A DNA stretch of 64,000 nucleotides from an uncultured delta proteobacterium. Lineage in GTDB: Bacteria; Desulfobacterota; BSN033; UBA1163. The stretch spans positions 160,001-224,000 of the forward strand of contig CAWHBU010000005.1 of assembly GCA_963827685.1 (NCBI GenBank). The letters run 5' to 3'. Shown here in pieces: positions 38,485-48,237 of the stretch (within the stretch, counting starts at the first letter, position 1; each line of letters opens with the position of its first letter). The notes under the pieces are model-generated. The model ran no database searches. It was not told the DNA's origin and saw only the letters and a program-made list of their open reading frames with translations. The position numbers and the translations under genes are program-made.

Positions 38485-39048
38485 CTACTCTTTGACCCTT
38501 TTCGAAAATTCACCCGTTCGGGTATCAATGGTAATCAGCTCACCTTCTTCGATGAACGGAGGGACGCGAAGTACATAGCCGGTTTCTAACGTAGCGGGCT
38601 TGAAATCCGCCTTCGAGGTATCTCCTCTCACCCAAGGCTCCGTCTTAATTACCCTGAGATTGACGAAGTTCGGCAACTCGACCCCAATCGCTCTATCTCC
38701 GAACAACAGGACCTCCACATTAAAATTTTCGATCAGAAAGTTCTTGGCATCCCCCAGAGATTCCTCGTTGATAATGATCTGTTCGTAGGTTTCATTATCC
38801 ATGAAGTGATAGTGATCACCTTCCTTATAAAGAAATTGCATGGCTCGTTCTTCTAATGAAGCGGGCTCGAAGGTTTCTCCCTCACGATACGTTCTATCAA
38901 TACTTAAGCCCGTGATCATATTCCTCAGTTTCGTCCGATAAAGGGCTTGGCCCTTGCCGGGTTTGGAAAATTCGAAAGCCGTCACGATGTACGGTTCTCC
39001 ATCAATGATGACTTTCAAGCCCTTTCTTAAATCCGAAGCAGTATACAT
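38485..39048 (-). CDS. efp: Elongation factor P
   Basis: KPGKGQA loop, KPATLETG, VPPFI, DTRTG. Confidence 0.96.
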   Translation of the reverse strand: MYTASDLRKGLKVIIDGEPYIVTAFEFSKPGKGQALYRTKLRNMITGLSIDRTYREGETFEPASLEERAMQFLYKEGDHYHFMDNETYEQIIINEESLGDAKNFLIENFNVEVLLFGDRAIGVELPNFVNLRVIKTEPWVRGDTSKADFKPATLETGYVLRVPPFIEEGELITIDTRTGEFSKRVKE

Positions 39049-39061
39049 AGCTTATTCTTTT

Positions 39062-39147
39062 TCCCTCATCCCCTTCCGCCCTCAAGGGGCAAAGGTAAGC
39101 CTGCTTGCCCTGCCTATTGCAGGCAGGCGCAGGCAGGGGTGGGGGTA
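39062..39147. repeat. Nested GC-rich palindromes (REP-like)
   Basis: cctgcttgc[cctgcctattgcaggcagg]cgcaggcagg (39100-39137) inserted in the arm of a ccctcatcccc...ggtgggg hairpin. Confidence 0.7.
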
Positions 39148-39160
39148 AATCTTCATTCCG

Positions 39161-39760
39161 TCAAAAATTATAAAAGAAACGCTCTCGAATTCGTTCCGCC
39201 ATGGATCCTGCCGTCTTTTGAATGGCAGCTTGTTTAGCCGCTTCGTTGGTAACACCACTGGATGAAGCCCGAAACCATTGGCTTTCACTCAAACCATTCT
39301 CCTCCCAAAGGACCTTCCCGGTCCGGTCCTTCAGAGATAAACCGACGACGATACCGATCTGATATTGCAAAACAAAACCAGATTTATCATAAGCAACTGA
39401 ATAGGTGGTAAAAGATCCGACAACACCTTCCAAAATGGCATCTGCTTCTGCCCGGCTTACGACCTTCACCCTTCTATCTTGGATGAACTCGTTCAAAAAA
39501 GCTTGAGTGAATGGGATTTCAATTCCAGGCTCAAAGGTATTGTTTTTGAACGTTGGGATGGCAATGGAACTGAGACCTGGTGGAACATGTGTCTCCTTAC
39601 CGACCATCTGGTATCCACAGGCCACTAGCAGAACCAGGCTGATAATTGATAACCACCTGTAATTTCGGATTTCGGATTGCGGATTGGGGAATTTCTCTGT
39701 GGTTGAGTTAACAGGTAAAGACCCTAAACTGACATTCTGGATTCTGTCTTCTGTATTCAT
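39161..39760 (-). CDS. lptE: LPS assembly lipoprotein LptE
   Basis: Lipobox LLVAC-GY; position after leuS; N-terminal extension encoded partly by heptamer repeats. Confidence 0.82.
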   Translation of the reverse strand: MNTEDRIQNVSLGSLPVNSTTEKFPNPQSEIRNYRWLSIISLVLLVACGYQMVGKETHVPPGLSSIAIPTFKNNTFEPGIEIPFTQAFLNEFIQDRRVKVVSRAEADAILEGVVGSFTTYSVAYDKSGFVLQYQIGIVVGLSLKDRTGKVLWEENGLSESQWFRASSSGVTNEAAKQAAIQKTAGSMAERIRERFFYNF

Positions 39761-39771
39761 CTTTTCCGTTC

Positions 39772-42369
39772 TTAACATACAATATTGACCAGTTTTTTGG
39801 GCACGAGGATCACCCGTTTGATCTCCTTACCTTCAAGCAATTTCCGAATTCTCTCACTTTTTAATGCCCAGGCCTTTACTTCCTCCCCCCCATACGAGGC
39901 AGGAATAGTCATCCGATCCCTCAATTTTCCATTCACCTGAATGACCATCAAGACTTCATCTTCCAAAACGGCTTCCGGGTCGTAATCGGGCCATCGGGTT
40001 TTGACGATCGATTCCCGATTCCCCAGCGCTTCCCAGAGCTCTTCGGCAAAGTGAGGGACAAAGGGCGAGAGCAAAACGACCACTGTCTCAAGCGCCTCGC
40101 GCAATACCCTTCTGGAAATATCATCGGCGTTGTCTTTGACCTCCGAAACGTAGATCTCATTCACCAATTCCATGACGGCACTGATCGCGGTGTTAAAATG
40201 GAATCGTTCAATGTCTTCCGTGACCCTTTTGATCGTTTTGTGGGTCTTCTGCCGTAGAGATTTTTGACCTCCCTCAAGGACTGTTCCGAAAGGAAGTGGT
40301 TTTACATTTTCAAGATGACGATGCTGCTCATAAAAGAGTCTCCAGACCCGATTGAGGAAACGGGCAGACCCGTCCACTCCCTGGTCGCTCCAATCCAAAT
40401 CCTTCTCAGGCGGAGAAGCGAAGAGGCAAAACATCCTGGCCGTATCCGCACCGTATTTCTCAATCAAGTATTCAGGGTCGACCACGTTCTTCTTGGATTT
40501 GGACATCTTTTCAAGCCTTCCGATAGAGATGAGGCTGCCGCACTTTCGGCAACGAATCGTCTCTCCCTGCCCCTCCATCTCATCGGGGAAGAGATAACCA
40601 TCCTTGGCACACTCGTATACTTCTTTACAAACCATCCCCTGAGTCAAAAGGTTTGTGAACGGCTCATCGACGCTTACCCATCCCATCTCTTTTAGAACAC
40701 GGGTGAAAAATCGGGAATAGAGAAGGTGCAGAATCGCATGTTCAATCCCTCCAATGTATTGATCCACGGGCATCCAGTAATCCACCCGTTTTTTGTCTAA
40801 AGGACCCTTATCATAGTCAGGGCATGCAAACCGATCGAAATACCAAGAGGACTCGACAAAGGTATCCATGGTGTCTGTCTCCCTTCGGCCTGGCCCCCCA
40901 CATTGAGGGCACCGGGTTTCCACAAACTCTTTTAACCCAGAAAGAGGCGACTTTCCCATCCCGGTGATCTCTATATTGGAGGGAAGGACGACAGGAAGAT
41001 CTTTTTCGGGGACGGGGACAGTTCCACATCGCCCGCAGTAAATGATGGGGATGGGCGCTCCCCAATAACGCTGTCTGGAAATGCCCCAATCCCTTAATCG
41101 ATAACTGATTCTGCTTCCACCGAGTCCCTTCTCATCGAGATATTGAGCGATTTTCTCTCTTGCTTTAATGCTATCCATTCCGTTAAATTGACCGGAGTTG
41201 ACCAGAAAGCCTTCTCCTTCATAAGCCTCCGTCATCGTGTTAGCATCCAGAACTCGATCCTCTGGTTGGACGACCACAATCAAAGGGAGTCCGAGTTTCT
41301 TCGCAAATTCAAAGTCTCTCTGGTCGTGGGTGGGCACAGCCATCACTGCTCCCGTTCCATACTCCATCAAAACAAAATTGGCAACGAAAATGGGCATCCG
41401 GGCCTGGGTCACCGGATTCAGGCAATAACCTCCGGTGAAAACACCCTCCTTTTCTGTCGTCTCAGCGGTCCTCTTTATCTTGTCCTGCCGTCTCATTCTT
41501 TCGACGAATTCTTGTACCGCCTGCTCCTGTGAGGTCCCTTTGGAGAGGCTCAGGGCAAGGGGGTGTTCGGGTGCCAAACTCATGAATGTTGCGCCAAATA
41601 CTGTATCCTGCCGGGTGGTGAAGACTTTAATGACCTCTTTCGAATGCTCCAAAGGAAAATGAATTTCAGCGCCGATGGACTTTCCAATCCAGTTGCGTTG
41701 CATGGTGAGAACCCGTTCGGGCCATCCAGGAAGTTTATCGCACCATTCGAGAAGTTCTTCTGCGTATGCCGTGATTTTAAAGAACCATTGATCCAGCTCT
41801 TTCTGTGTGACACCTGGATCATCGGCATGGCCTCGCCAGCATGTCCCGTCGCTCATCACCTGTTCATTCGCCAAAACGGTGTTGCAGATCTCACACCAAT
41901 TAACAAAGGACCTCCTTTTATAGGCCAATCCCCTCTCATACATTCTTACGAAGAAGAGTTGCTCCCATTTGTAATAGGATACGTCACAGGTAGCAAACTC
42001 CCGATCCCAGTCATAGCTGAAGCCCATCCGCTTCAACTGACTTCTCATGGTACCAATGTTCTCGTAAGTCCATTTGGCAGGGTGAACTCCACGCTCCATC
42101 GCAGCGTTTTCCGCAGGCATGCCAAAGGCATCCCAGCCCATGGGGTGTAGGACATTAAAGCCTTTCATCTTTTTGTAGCGGGCAACAACATCCCCGATAG
42201 AGTAATTCCGTACGTGGCCCATGTGGATCTTGCCCGACGGATAGGGGAACATTTCAAGAAGATAATATTTCTCTTTATTCCGGTCCTCCGTCACCTTAAA
42301 GAGATTCTGAATTTCCCAGATCTTCTGCCACTTCTTTTCAATCTCTTCGTGGTGATAACGTTGCTTCAT
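39772..42369 (-). CDS. leuS: Leucyl-tRNA synthetase
   Basis: [33 protein letters not shown]. Confidence 0.98.
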   Translation of the reverse strand: MKQRYHHEEIEKKWQKIWEIQNLFKVTEDRNKEKYYLLEMFPYPSGKIHMGHVRNYSIGDVVARYKKMKGFNVLHPMGWDAFGMPAENAAMERGVHPAKWTYENIGTMRSQLKRMGFSYDWDREFATCDVSYYKWEQLFFVRMYERGLAYKRRSFVNWCEICNTVLANEQVMSDGTCWRGHADDPGVTQKELDQWFFKITAYAEELLEWCDKLPGWPERVLTMQRNWIGKSIGAEIHFPLEHSKEVIKVFTTRQDTVFGATFMSLAPEHPLALSLSKGTSQEQAVQEFVERMRRQDKIKRTAETTEKEGVFTGGYCLNPVTQARMPIFVANFVLMEYGTGAVMAVPTHDQRDFEFAKKLGLPLIVVVQPEDRVLDANTMTEAYEGEGFLVNSGQFNGMDSIKAREKIAQYLDEKGLGGSRISYRLRDWGISRQRYWGAPIPIIYCGRCGTVPVPEKDLPVVLPSNIEITGMGKSPLSGLKEFVETRCPQCGGPGRRETDTMDTFVESSWYFDRFACPDYDKGPLDKKRVDYWMPVDQYIGGIEHAILHLLYSRFFTRVLKEMGWVSVDEPFTNLLTQGMVCKEVYECAKDGYLFPDEMEGQGETIRCRKCGSLISIGRLEKMSKSKKNVVDPEYLIEKYGADTARMFCLFASPPEKDLDWSDQGVDGSARFLNRVWRLFYEQHRHLENVKPLPFGTVLEGGQKSLRQKTHKTIKRVTEDIERFHFNTAISAVMELVNEIYVSEVKDNADDISRRVLREALETVVVLLSPFVPHFAEELWEALGNRESIVKTRWPDYDPEAVLEDEVLMVIQVNGKLRDRMTIPASYGGEEVKAWALKSERIRKLLEGKEIKRVILVPKKLVNIVC

Positions 42370-42386
42370 GCCATTCCCCGATTTAT

Positions 42387-42483
42387 AGTCCAGAGTTCGG
42401 AGTTCTTAGTCCAGAGTAAACTCTCATTTCCTAACTAATTTTTTTTCTTGTAACTCTTAATTCCGAACTCTTAACTCTAAACT
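42387..42483. repeat. Inverted arms of five phased 7-nt units between argG and leuS
   Basis: AGT at 42387,94,401,408,415; A(C/T)T at 42453,60,67,74,81. Confidence 0.85.
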
Positions 42484-42490
42484 AATTTTC

Positions 42491-43693
42491 TCATCCTCTC
42501 ATCATCCTCCGGATTCGGAGTCTCAAAGCATTGAGCCGGATGAACCCTTCCGCATCTTTCTGATTATAGACGATATCCTTCTCAAAGGTAGCGAAGGCTC
42601 CATGGTAGAGAGATTTTTCTGACTTCCGGCCGATCACGGTACAGTTCCCTTTGTAGAGTTTCAGGCGAACCGTTCCGGTCACATCCTTCTGTGTCTCATC
42701 GATCGCTTTCTTCAAAATCTCCATCTCCGGTGAAAACCAGTATCCATAATAGATCAATTCCGATATCTTGGGGATCAGGCTATCCCGAAAATGCATGACC
42801 TCTCTGTCCATGGTCATTGATTCGATGGCTCGATGGGCAATGTGAAGGATCGTTCCCCCCGGAGTTTCATAGACTCCTCTTGATTTCATCCCTACGTAAC
42901 GATTCTCCACCATATCGACCCGGCCGATTCCGTTTCGACCTCCCAACTCATTCAATTGGGACAACAGGACGGCAGGAGAAAGTCCCTTTCCGTCGATCCG
43001 TTTTGGAACGCCATCTTCAAAATCGATTTCAATCACTGTGGGGCGGTCAGGTGCCTTTTCTGGAGAGACGGAGAGAACAAACATATTCTTTGGCGGCTCA
43101 GCCCAAGGATCTTCAAGAATTCCTCCTTCGAAACTGATGTGCAGGAGATTTCGGTCAGAAGAATAAGGCTTCTCTTTTGTCACGGGGATGGGAATTCCGT
43201 TTTCCCGAGCATAGGCGATCAAATCCTCTCTCGACTTAAATTGCCATTCCCGCCAAGGAGAGATCACCCGAATGTAAGGATTAAGCGCATAGTAGGTCAA
43301 TTCAAATCGGACCTGATCGTTCCCCTTCCCTGTAGCCCCATGAGCCACGGCATCTGCCCCCTCTAATTGGGCTATCTCCACCTGCCTCTTGGCGATTAAG
43401 GGCCGAGCGATGGAAGTGCCGAGGAGATAAGTTCCCTCATAGATGGCATTGGCTTTTATTGCTGTCAAGACATAATCCCGAACGAACTCCTCCCTGAGGT
43501 CCTCAATATAGACCTTACTGGCACCTGTGGCTCTGGCCTTTTCTTCCAGGTGATTCAATTCTTCGGCCTGGCCGATATCTGCAGTGAAAGCGATCACCTC
43601 ACACCCAAATTCATTTTTCAACCATTTCAAAATGATAGAGGTGTCCAGGCCCCCGGAATAAGCCAGGACTACCTTCTTCACTACGCCTTTCAT
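42491..43693 (-). CDS. argG: Argininosuccinate synthase
   Basis: [35 protein letters not shown]. Confidence 0.98.
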   Translation of the reverse strand: MKGVVKKVVLAYSGGLDTSIILKWLKNEFGCEVIAFTADIGQAEELNHLEEKARATGASKVYIEDLREEFVRDYVLTAIKANAIYEGTYLLGTSIARPLIAKRQVEIAQLEGADAVAHGATGKGNDQVRFELTYYALNPYIRVISPWREWQFKSREDLIAYARENGIPIPVTKEKPYSSDRNLLHISFEGGILEDPWAEPPKNMFVLSVSPEKAPDRPTVIEIDFEDGVPKRIDGKGLSPAVLLSQLNELGGRNGIGRVDMVENRYVGMKSRGVYETPGGTILHIAHRAIESMTMDREVMHFRDSLIPKISELIYYGYWFSPEMEILKKAIDETQKDVTGTVRLKLYKGNCTVIGRKSEKSLYHGAFATFEKDIVYNQKDAEGFIRLNALRLRIRRMMRG

Positions 43694-43708
43694 GGAAACC
43701 CCCTTATC

Positions 43709-43876
43709 AATTTCCGATTTCGGATTGCGGAATTCGGATTATAGTAACTTGGATTCAAAGCTTCGCAGTCCGGATTCAACATTCTGTATTATAAGAATAT
43801 TTCCACCAATTTCGGAATTCGCGACAAAAGCACTTGAATTTACATTCCGCAATCCGCATTCGGTACTCCGCAATTG
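43709..43876. repeat. Inverted arms of five phased 7-nt units between argD and argG (~100-nt spacer)
   Basis: atttccg atttcgg attgcgg aattcgg att / attccgc aatccgc attcggt actccgc aat. Right arm lies inside the argD 3' end. Confidence 0.85.
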
Positions 43877-45063
43877 AAAAAGACTTCCTCTAAAGCCTTG
43901 ACCACTCGGTCGACTTCTTCCTTAGTGACAATCAGCGGAGGAAGGAACCGGAGCACATTTCCCATGGTGCAGTTGATGAGAATTCCTCTCTGCATCATCT
44001 CCGTGACAATAGAACCCCCCTCCATCTTCAACTCCATGCCAAGGATCAAACCTTTCCCTCGAACCTCCTCAACGAAAGGAAATTTTTTCTTGATCTTCTC
44101 GAGCTGCGACAGGAAGTAATCTCCTACGTTTCGGCAATTCTCCAATATCCCTTCGTCCAAAAAGGCTGTCAAGGCGGCTACACCCGCTGCGGTGGCCAAG
44201 GGATTCCCTCCAAAGGTGGAGGCATGGTCACCTGGGTTAAAACTCTCAGCGATTCCTTTCTTGATCAATAAAGCTCCAATGGGGACTCCTCCTGCCAATG
44301 ATTTGGCAAGCGTGAGGATATCGGGTTCAACCCCGTCATGCTCATAAGCAAAGAGTTTCCCCGTCCGGCCCATCCCCACTTGGACCTCATCAAAGATGAG
44401 GAGGAGCCCCTTCTCATCACAGATCTCACGGAGCGCTTTCAGATAACCCTCTGAAGGGCAGTTCACTCCTCCTTCTCCCTGGATGGGTTCCAACATGACA
44501 GCACAGGTTTTCGAATTGATGCCCTTCTTCACTGCCCCGATATTGTTGAAGGGGACATATTTGAACCCAGGCATCAGAGGTTCATACCCTTTGTGGAACT
44601 TCTCTTGACCCGTTGCGGTCAGGGTGGCCAGAGTCCTGCCGTGGAAGGATCGCTCCATGGTGATGATCTCATATCGATCCTTTCCCATCTTCTCCTTTGC
44701 ATATTTCCGGGCCAATTTCATTGCACCTTCATTGGCCTCAGCCCCGCTATTGCAGAAGAAGACTTTATCAGCAAAGGAGTGCTTACAAAGAAGAGAAGCG
44801 AGCTGGATCTGAGGTTCGATATAATACAGGTTTGAGACATGGATCAGTCTTTCTGACTGATCTTGAATGGCCTTGACAACTTTCGGGTGGCAGTGGCCTA
44901 AACTGCATACCCCCAGGCCCGATACAAAATCCAAATATTCTTTGCCCTCCATATCCCAAACCCGAGTTCCCTTCCCTCTGACCAGAAGCACGGGATAACG
45001 GGCATAGGTATTGGCCACGTATTTTTCCGATAACATCATCATGGTTTGAGAATCCATCTGCAT
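43840..45063 (-). CDS. argD: Acetylornithine aminotransferase
   Basis: NSGAEANE, FHGRT, EPIQGEGG, DEVQVG, AKSLAGG. Confidence 0.93.
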   Translation of the reverse strand: MQMDSQTMMMLSEKYVANTYARYPVLLVRGKGTRVWDMEGKEYLDFVSGLGVCSLGHCHPKVVKAIQDQSERLIHVSNLYYIEPQIQLASLLCKHSFADKVFFCNSGAEANEGAMKLARKYAKEKMGKDRYEIITMERSFHGRTLATLTATGQEKFHKGYEPLMPGFKYVPFNNIGAVKKGINSKTCAVMLEPIQGEGGVNCPSEGYLKALREICDEKGLLLIFDEVQVGMGRTGKLFAYEHDGVEPDILTLAKSLAGGVPIGALLIKKGIAESFNPGDHASTFGGNPLATAAGVAALTAFLDEGILENCRNVGDYFLSQLEKIKKKFPFVEEVRGKGLILGMELKMEGGSIVTEMMQRGILINCTMGNVLRFLPPLIVTKEEVDRVVKALEEVFFNCGVPNADCGM

Positions 45064-45075
45064 CTCGAAAAAATC

Positions 45076-45150
45076 AGTTTGGAGTGATTAGTCCGGTGTC
45101 CGGAGTATCTATTTTAAATCTCCGAACTCCCGAACTCCGAACTCAAAACT
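45076..45150. repeat. Inverted arms of five phased 7-nt units between argB and argD
   Basis: (A/T)GT at 45076,83,90,97,104; (T/A)CT at 45119,26,34,41,48. Confidence 0.85.
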
Positions 45151-45152
45151 TC

Positions 45153-46037
45153 TTATTCTCTCGTGATCTGTGTCCCAATCCCTATATCCGTAAAAATCTC
45201 CAACAGGATCGCATGCTCCACCCTTCCATCAATGATATGGGTTTTGGCCACCCCTTCTTCTAAGGCATTGAGGCAGCAATTTACCTTTGGAATCATTCCG
45301 GACGAGATGACTTTTTGGGTGATTAATCGCTTTGCTCGTCCAACATCGAGCGTGGCCATCAACCGATGTCTCCCATCCATCACTCCCTCCACATCGGTAA
45401 GTAATATCAATTTTTCCGCCTTTAGCGCAGAGGCTATCTTCCCAGCCGCCAGATCCGCATTGATATTGTAGGTCTCTCCTTCGTCCCCTACGCCCACCGG
45501 TGCAATGACCGGAATGAAATTCTCCTTCTCCAAGGCCTCGATCACCCCAGGGTTGATGGCCTTTACTTCCCCCACCATTCCGATGTCAATGATTTCGGGC
45601 ATTTCACCCTTACCGCGACGCTTCGTCAATTGCAATTTCTTGGCGGTGATGAGATGTCCGTCTTTTCCGCTCAGCCCGACGGCTTTCCCTCCCTGTTGGT
45701 TGATCAAGGCAACAATCTCTTTATTTACCTTCCCGACGAGGACCATTTCCACGACATCCATCGTCTCTCCGTCTGTTACCCTCATCCCCTCTACGAAATA
45801 AGATTTCTTCCCTACCTTGGTCAACATTTCACCGATCTGAGGCCCCCCCCCGTGGACGACAACAGGGTTAAGGCCGATATATTTCAAAAGAACGACATCG
45901 AGAGCGAAGCTCCGCTTCATTCTCTCTTCCTCCATGGTGCTCCCGCCATACTTAATCACGATGGTTTTGTCATAGAATCGCCGAATATATGGAAGGGCCT
46001 CCAGAAGTACCTTGGCTTTATCAATGGCGTTTCCCAT
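45153..46037 (-). CDS. argB: Acetylglutamate kinase
   Basis: [29 protein letters not shown]; start at ATG 46037 with GAGGG RBS. Confidence 0.96.
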   Translation of the reverse strand: MGNAIDKAKVLLEALPYIRRFYDKTIVIKYGGSTMEEERMKRSFALDVVLLKYIGLNPVVVHGGGPQIGEMLTKVGKKSYFVEGMRVTDGETMDVVEMVLVGKVNKEIVALINQQGGKAVGLSGKDGHLITAKKLQLTKRRGKGEMPEIIDIGMVGEVKAINPGVIEALEKENFIPVIAPVGVGDEGETYNINADLAAGKIASALKAEKLILLTDVEGVMDGRHRLMATLDVGRAKRLITQKVISSGMIPKVNCCLNALEEGVAKTHIIDGRVEHAILLEIFTDIGIGTQITRE

Positions 46038-46074
46038 AACGATGATCCCTCGCGTTAGTTCGGAAACCTTTTTC

Positions 46075-46118
46075 TTCGTGTCCGTGTTCGGACACGTGAC
46101 ACACGACACGGTCACGAA
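46075..46118. repeat. Short inverted 6-nt-periodic hairpin between hslU and argB
   Basis: ttcgtgtccgtgttcg...cgacacggtcacgaa, directly after the hslU stop. Confidence 0.65.
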
Positions 46119-47450
46119 TTACAAGATATACCGGCTCAGATCTTCATCCTCTACAAAATCTTTCAGCTTCTCTCGGACATATTTCGCATCGATCACCATG
46201 CTTTTCCCGGACATCTCAGGGGCATCAAACGAAATCTCATCCAGTAATTTTTCCATCATGGTATAGAGCCGCCTGGCTCCGATGTTCTCTGTCCTCTCAT
46301 TAATGAGAGCCGCCATCTCGGCAATCTCTGCAATGCCATCCTCTTTAAAATTGACCTTGACCGACTCTGTCTCCAACAAAGCGGTGTACTGTTTGATCAG
46401 GGCGTTTTCTGGCTCGGTGAGGATTCGCACGAGATCTGCCTTACCTAAAGAATCCAATTCGACCCGGATCGGAAACCGCCCCTGAAGCTCAGGGATGAGA
46501 TCCGAGGGTTTGGAAACATGGAATGCTCCGGCAGCAATAAACAAAACATGGTCTGTCTTGACCATCCCGTATTTCGTCGTCACCGTCGTCCCTTCCACAA
46601 TGGGCAGGATATCCCTCTGAACGCCTTCCCGAGAAACATCCGGACCCAAGGTGGATTCCCTTCCAGCGATCTTATCAATTTCGTCAAGGAAGATAATTCC
46701 CGATTGTTCGACCCGCTCAATGGCCTGTTTGATGACGGAGTCCATATCGATCAGTTTATACGCCTCCTCCTGGGAGAGGATGGTGACTGCTTCCGGAACC
46801 TTCACCTTTCTCTGCTTTTTCTTCTTCGGAAAGAGACTCCCAAACATATCTTTGATGTTGACATCCATCTCTTCCAATCCAGAGGCAGAAAAGATCTCGA
46901 CAATAGGAAGGTTTCGGTCCACAATCTCCACATCCACATACTTGTCATTTAACTTCCCGGCCTTCAGCAACTTTCGCAGTTTTTCGCGAGTAGCTCGCTG
47001 ATCTTCGCCTTCCTTCTGTGTCCCCTTCCCAGAGGAAGGGAGGAGCAAATCCAGGAGCCGCTCTTCAGCTATCTCCTCTGCTCTCTGTCGGACCTTTTGG
47101 GACTCCTCCGCTTTCATCATATTGACAGCCAGCTCCGTGAGATCCCTGATCATCGACTCCACATCCCTGCCTACATAACCCACTTCTGTAAATTTCGATG
47201 CCTCAATCTTCAGAAAAGGAGCCTGGGCCAATTTAGCCAACCTTCGAGCGATCTCTGTCTTACCGACCCCCGTGGGGCCAATCATAATGATGTTCTTGGG
47301 CGCAATTTCGTCCCGGAGAGGCTCCGGAACCTGTTGACGTCTCCAACGGTTTCTCAATGCAATGGCCACCGCTCTCTTCGCATCCGTCTGCCCGACAATG
47401 TATTTATCCAGTTCGGACACGATCTCCCGGGGGGTGAAGGTCTTCATCAC
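46119..47450 (-). CDS. hslU: ATP-dependent protease ATPase subunit HslU
   Basis: [39 protein letters not shown]. Confidence 0.98.
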   Translation of the reverse strand: MMKTFTPREIVSELDKYIVGQTDAKRAVAIALRNRWRRQQVPEPLRDEIAPKNIIMIGPTGVGKTEIARRLAKLAQAPFLKIEASKFTEVGYVGRDVESMIRDLTELAVNMMKAEESQKVRQRAEEIAEERLLDLLLPSSGKGTQKEGEDQRATREKLRKLLKAGKLNDKYVDVEIVDRNLPIVEIFSASGLEEMDVNIKDMFGSLFPKKKKQRKVKVPEAVTILSQEEAYKLIDMDSVIKQAIERVEQSGIIFLDEIDKIAGRESTLGPDVSREGVQRDILPIVEGTTVTTKYGMVKTDHVLFIAAGAFHVSKPSDLIPELQGRFPIRVELDSLGKADLVRILTEPENALIKQYTALLETESVKVNFKEDGIAEIAEMAALINERTENIGARRLYTMMEKLLDEISFDAPEMSGKSMVIDAKYVREKLKDFVEDEDLSRYIL

Positions 47451-47980
47451 AATTCCTCCACGATGATTTGATCATTCGTATAAATGCAGATGGAGGCAGC
47501 GATCTTCATCGCCTCTACAGCGATGGCCCTGGCATCCAAATTTGAAAACTCAACCAATGCCTTGGCAGCAGCATGGGCATAAGGACCGCCACTTCCAATG
47601 GCCGTCACCCCATCGTCGGGCTCAATGACATCCCCATTTCCGGAGATGACGAGCGTGTGTTCAGAGTCGGCGATGATGAGCAAGGCCTCCAACCTACGGA
47701 GGATCCGATCCGTTCTCCAATCTTTGGCCAATTCCACGGCTGCCCTGAGTAGATTCCCGCTGAACTGGTCCAGTTTTTCCTCAAACTTTGCGAAAAGGGT
47801 GAAAGCATCTGCCGTGGCCCCTGCAAAACCAGCGAGAACTTTATCATGGTAAATCCTTCGAACCTTCCTGGCAGTATGCTTCATGATGGTGTGTTCAAGA
47901 GACACCTGACCGTCCCCTGCCATGACCACCTTTCCTTTGTGCCGAACTGATAGAACCGTCGTACCCCGTATCTTGTGCAT
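47447..47980 (-). CDS. hslV: ATP-dependent protease subunit HslV
   Basis: [30 protein letters not shown]; start trimmed because the longer ORF runs through a repeat. Confidence 0.96.
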   Translation of the reverse strand: MHKIRGTTVLSVRHKGKVVMAGDGQVSLEHTIMKHTARKVRRIYHDKVLAGFAGATADAFTLFAKFEEKLDQFSGNLLRAAVELAKDWRTDRILRRLEALLIIADSEHTLVISGNGDVIEPDDGVTAIGSGGPYAHAAAKALVEFSNLDARAIAVEAMKIAASICIYTNDQIIVEEL

Positions 47981-48035
47981 TGCTTCAGTCCTCATTTTCA
48001 TCCCTTTCCCCACTCTCACCAGTCTTACGGATTTA

Positions 48036-48237
48036 AAATCCCAAATCCCAATTTCCAAATCCCAAATAAATTCCAACCTCCAATTCCCAATAATGAAAAT
48101 GATTTTGTTTCGAATTTGGAAATTTGATCATTGGAATCTATTTGTAATTTGGCCTGCCTGCGCGAAGCCCCGCCTGCCAAAGCCTTGTGCGGCGGGCAGG
48201 CGCTTCGGCGAAGGCAGGTGCTTGAGGCTTGGTGTTT
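48036..48237. repeat. Long heptamer-periodic inverted repeat between xerC and hslV, one arm interrupted by nested GC-rich palindromes (48153-48218)
   Basis: aaatccc-type units vs atttgg-type units with a mirrored 4-nt phase shift; deleting 48153-48218 restores atttgta atttggt gcttgag gcttggt. Confidence 0.85.

Noticed and set aside
46038-46115. argB N-terminal extension [13 protein letters not shown]
   Set aside because: Encoded by the hairpin; a better ATG with RBS is at 46037.
6512-48237. CRISPR arrays at the periodic repeats
   Set aside because: Units are 6-9 nt, degenerate and without unique spacers; no cas genes.
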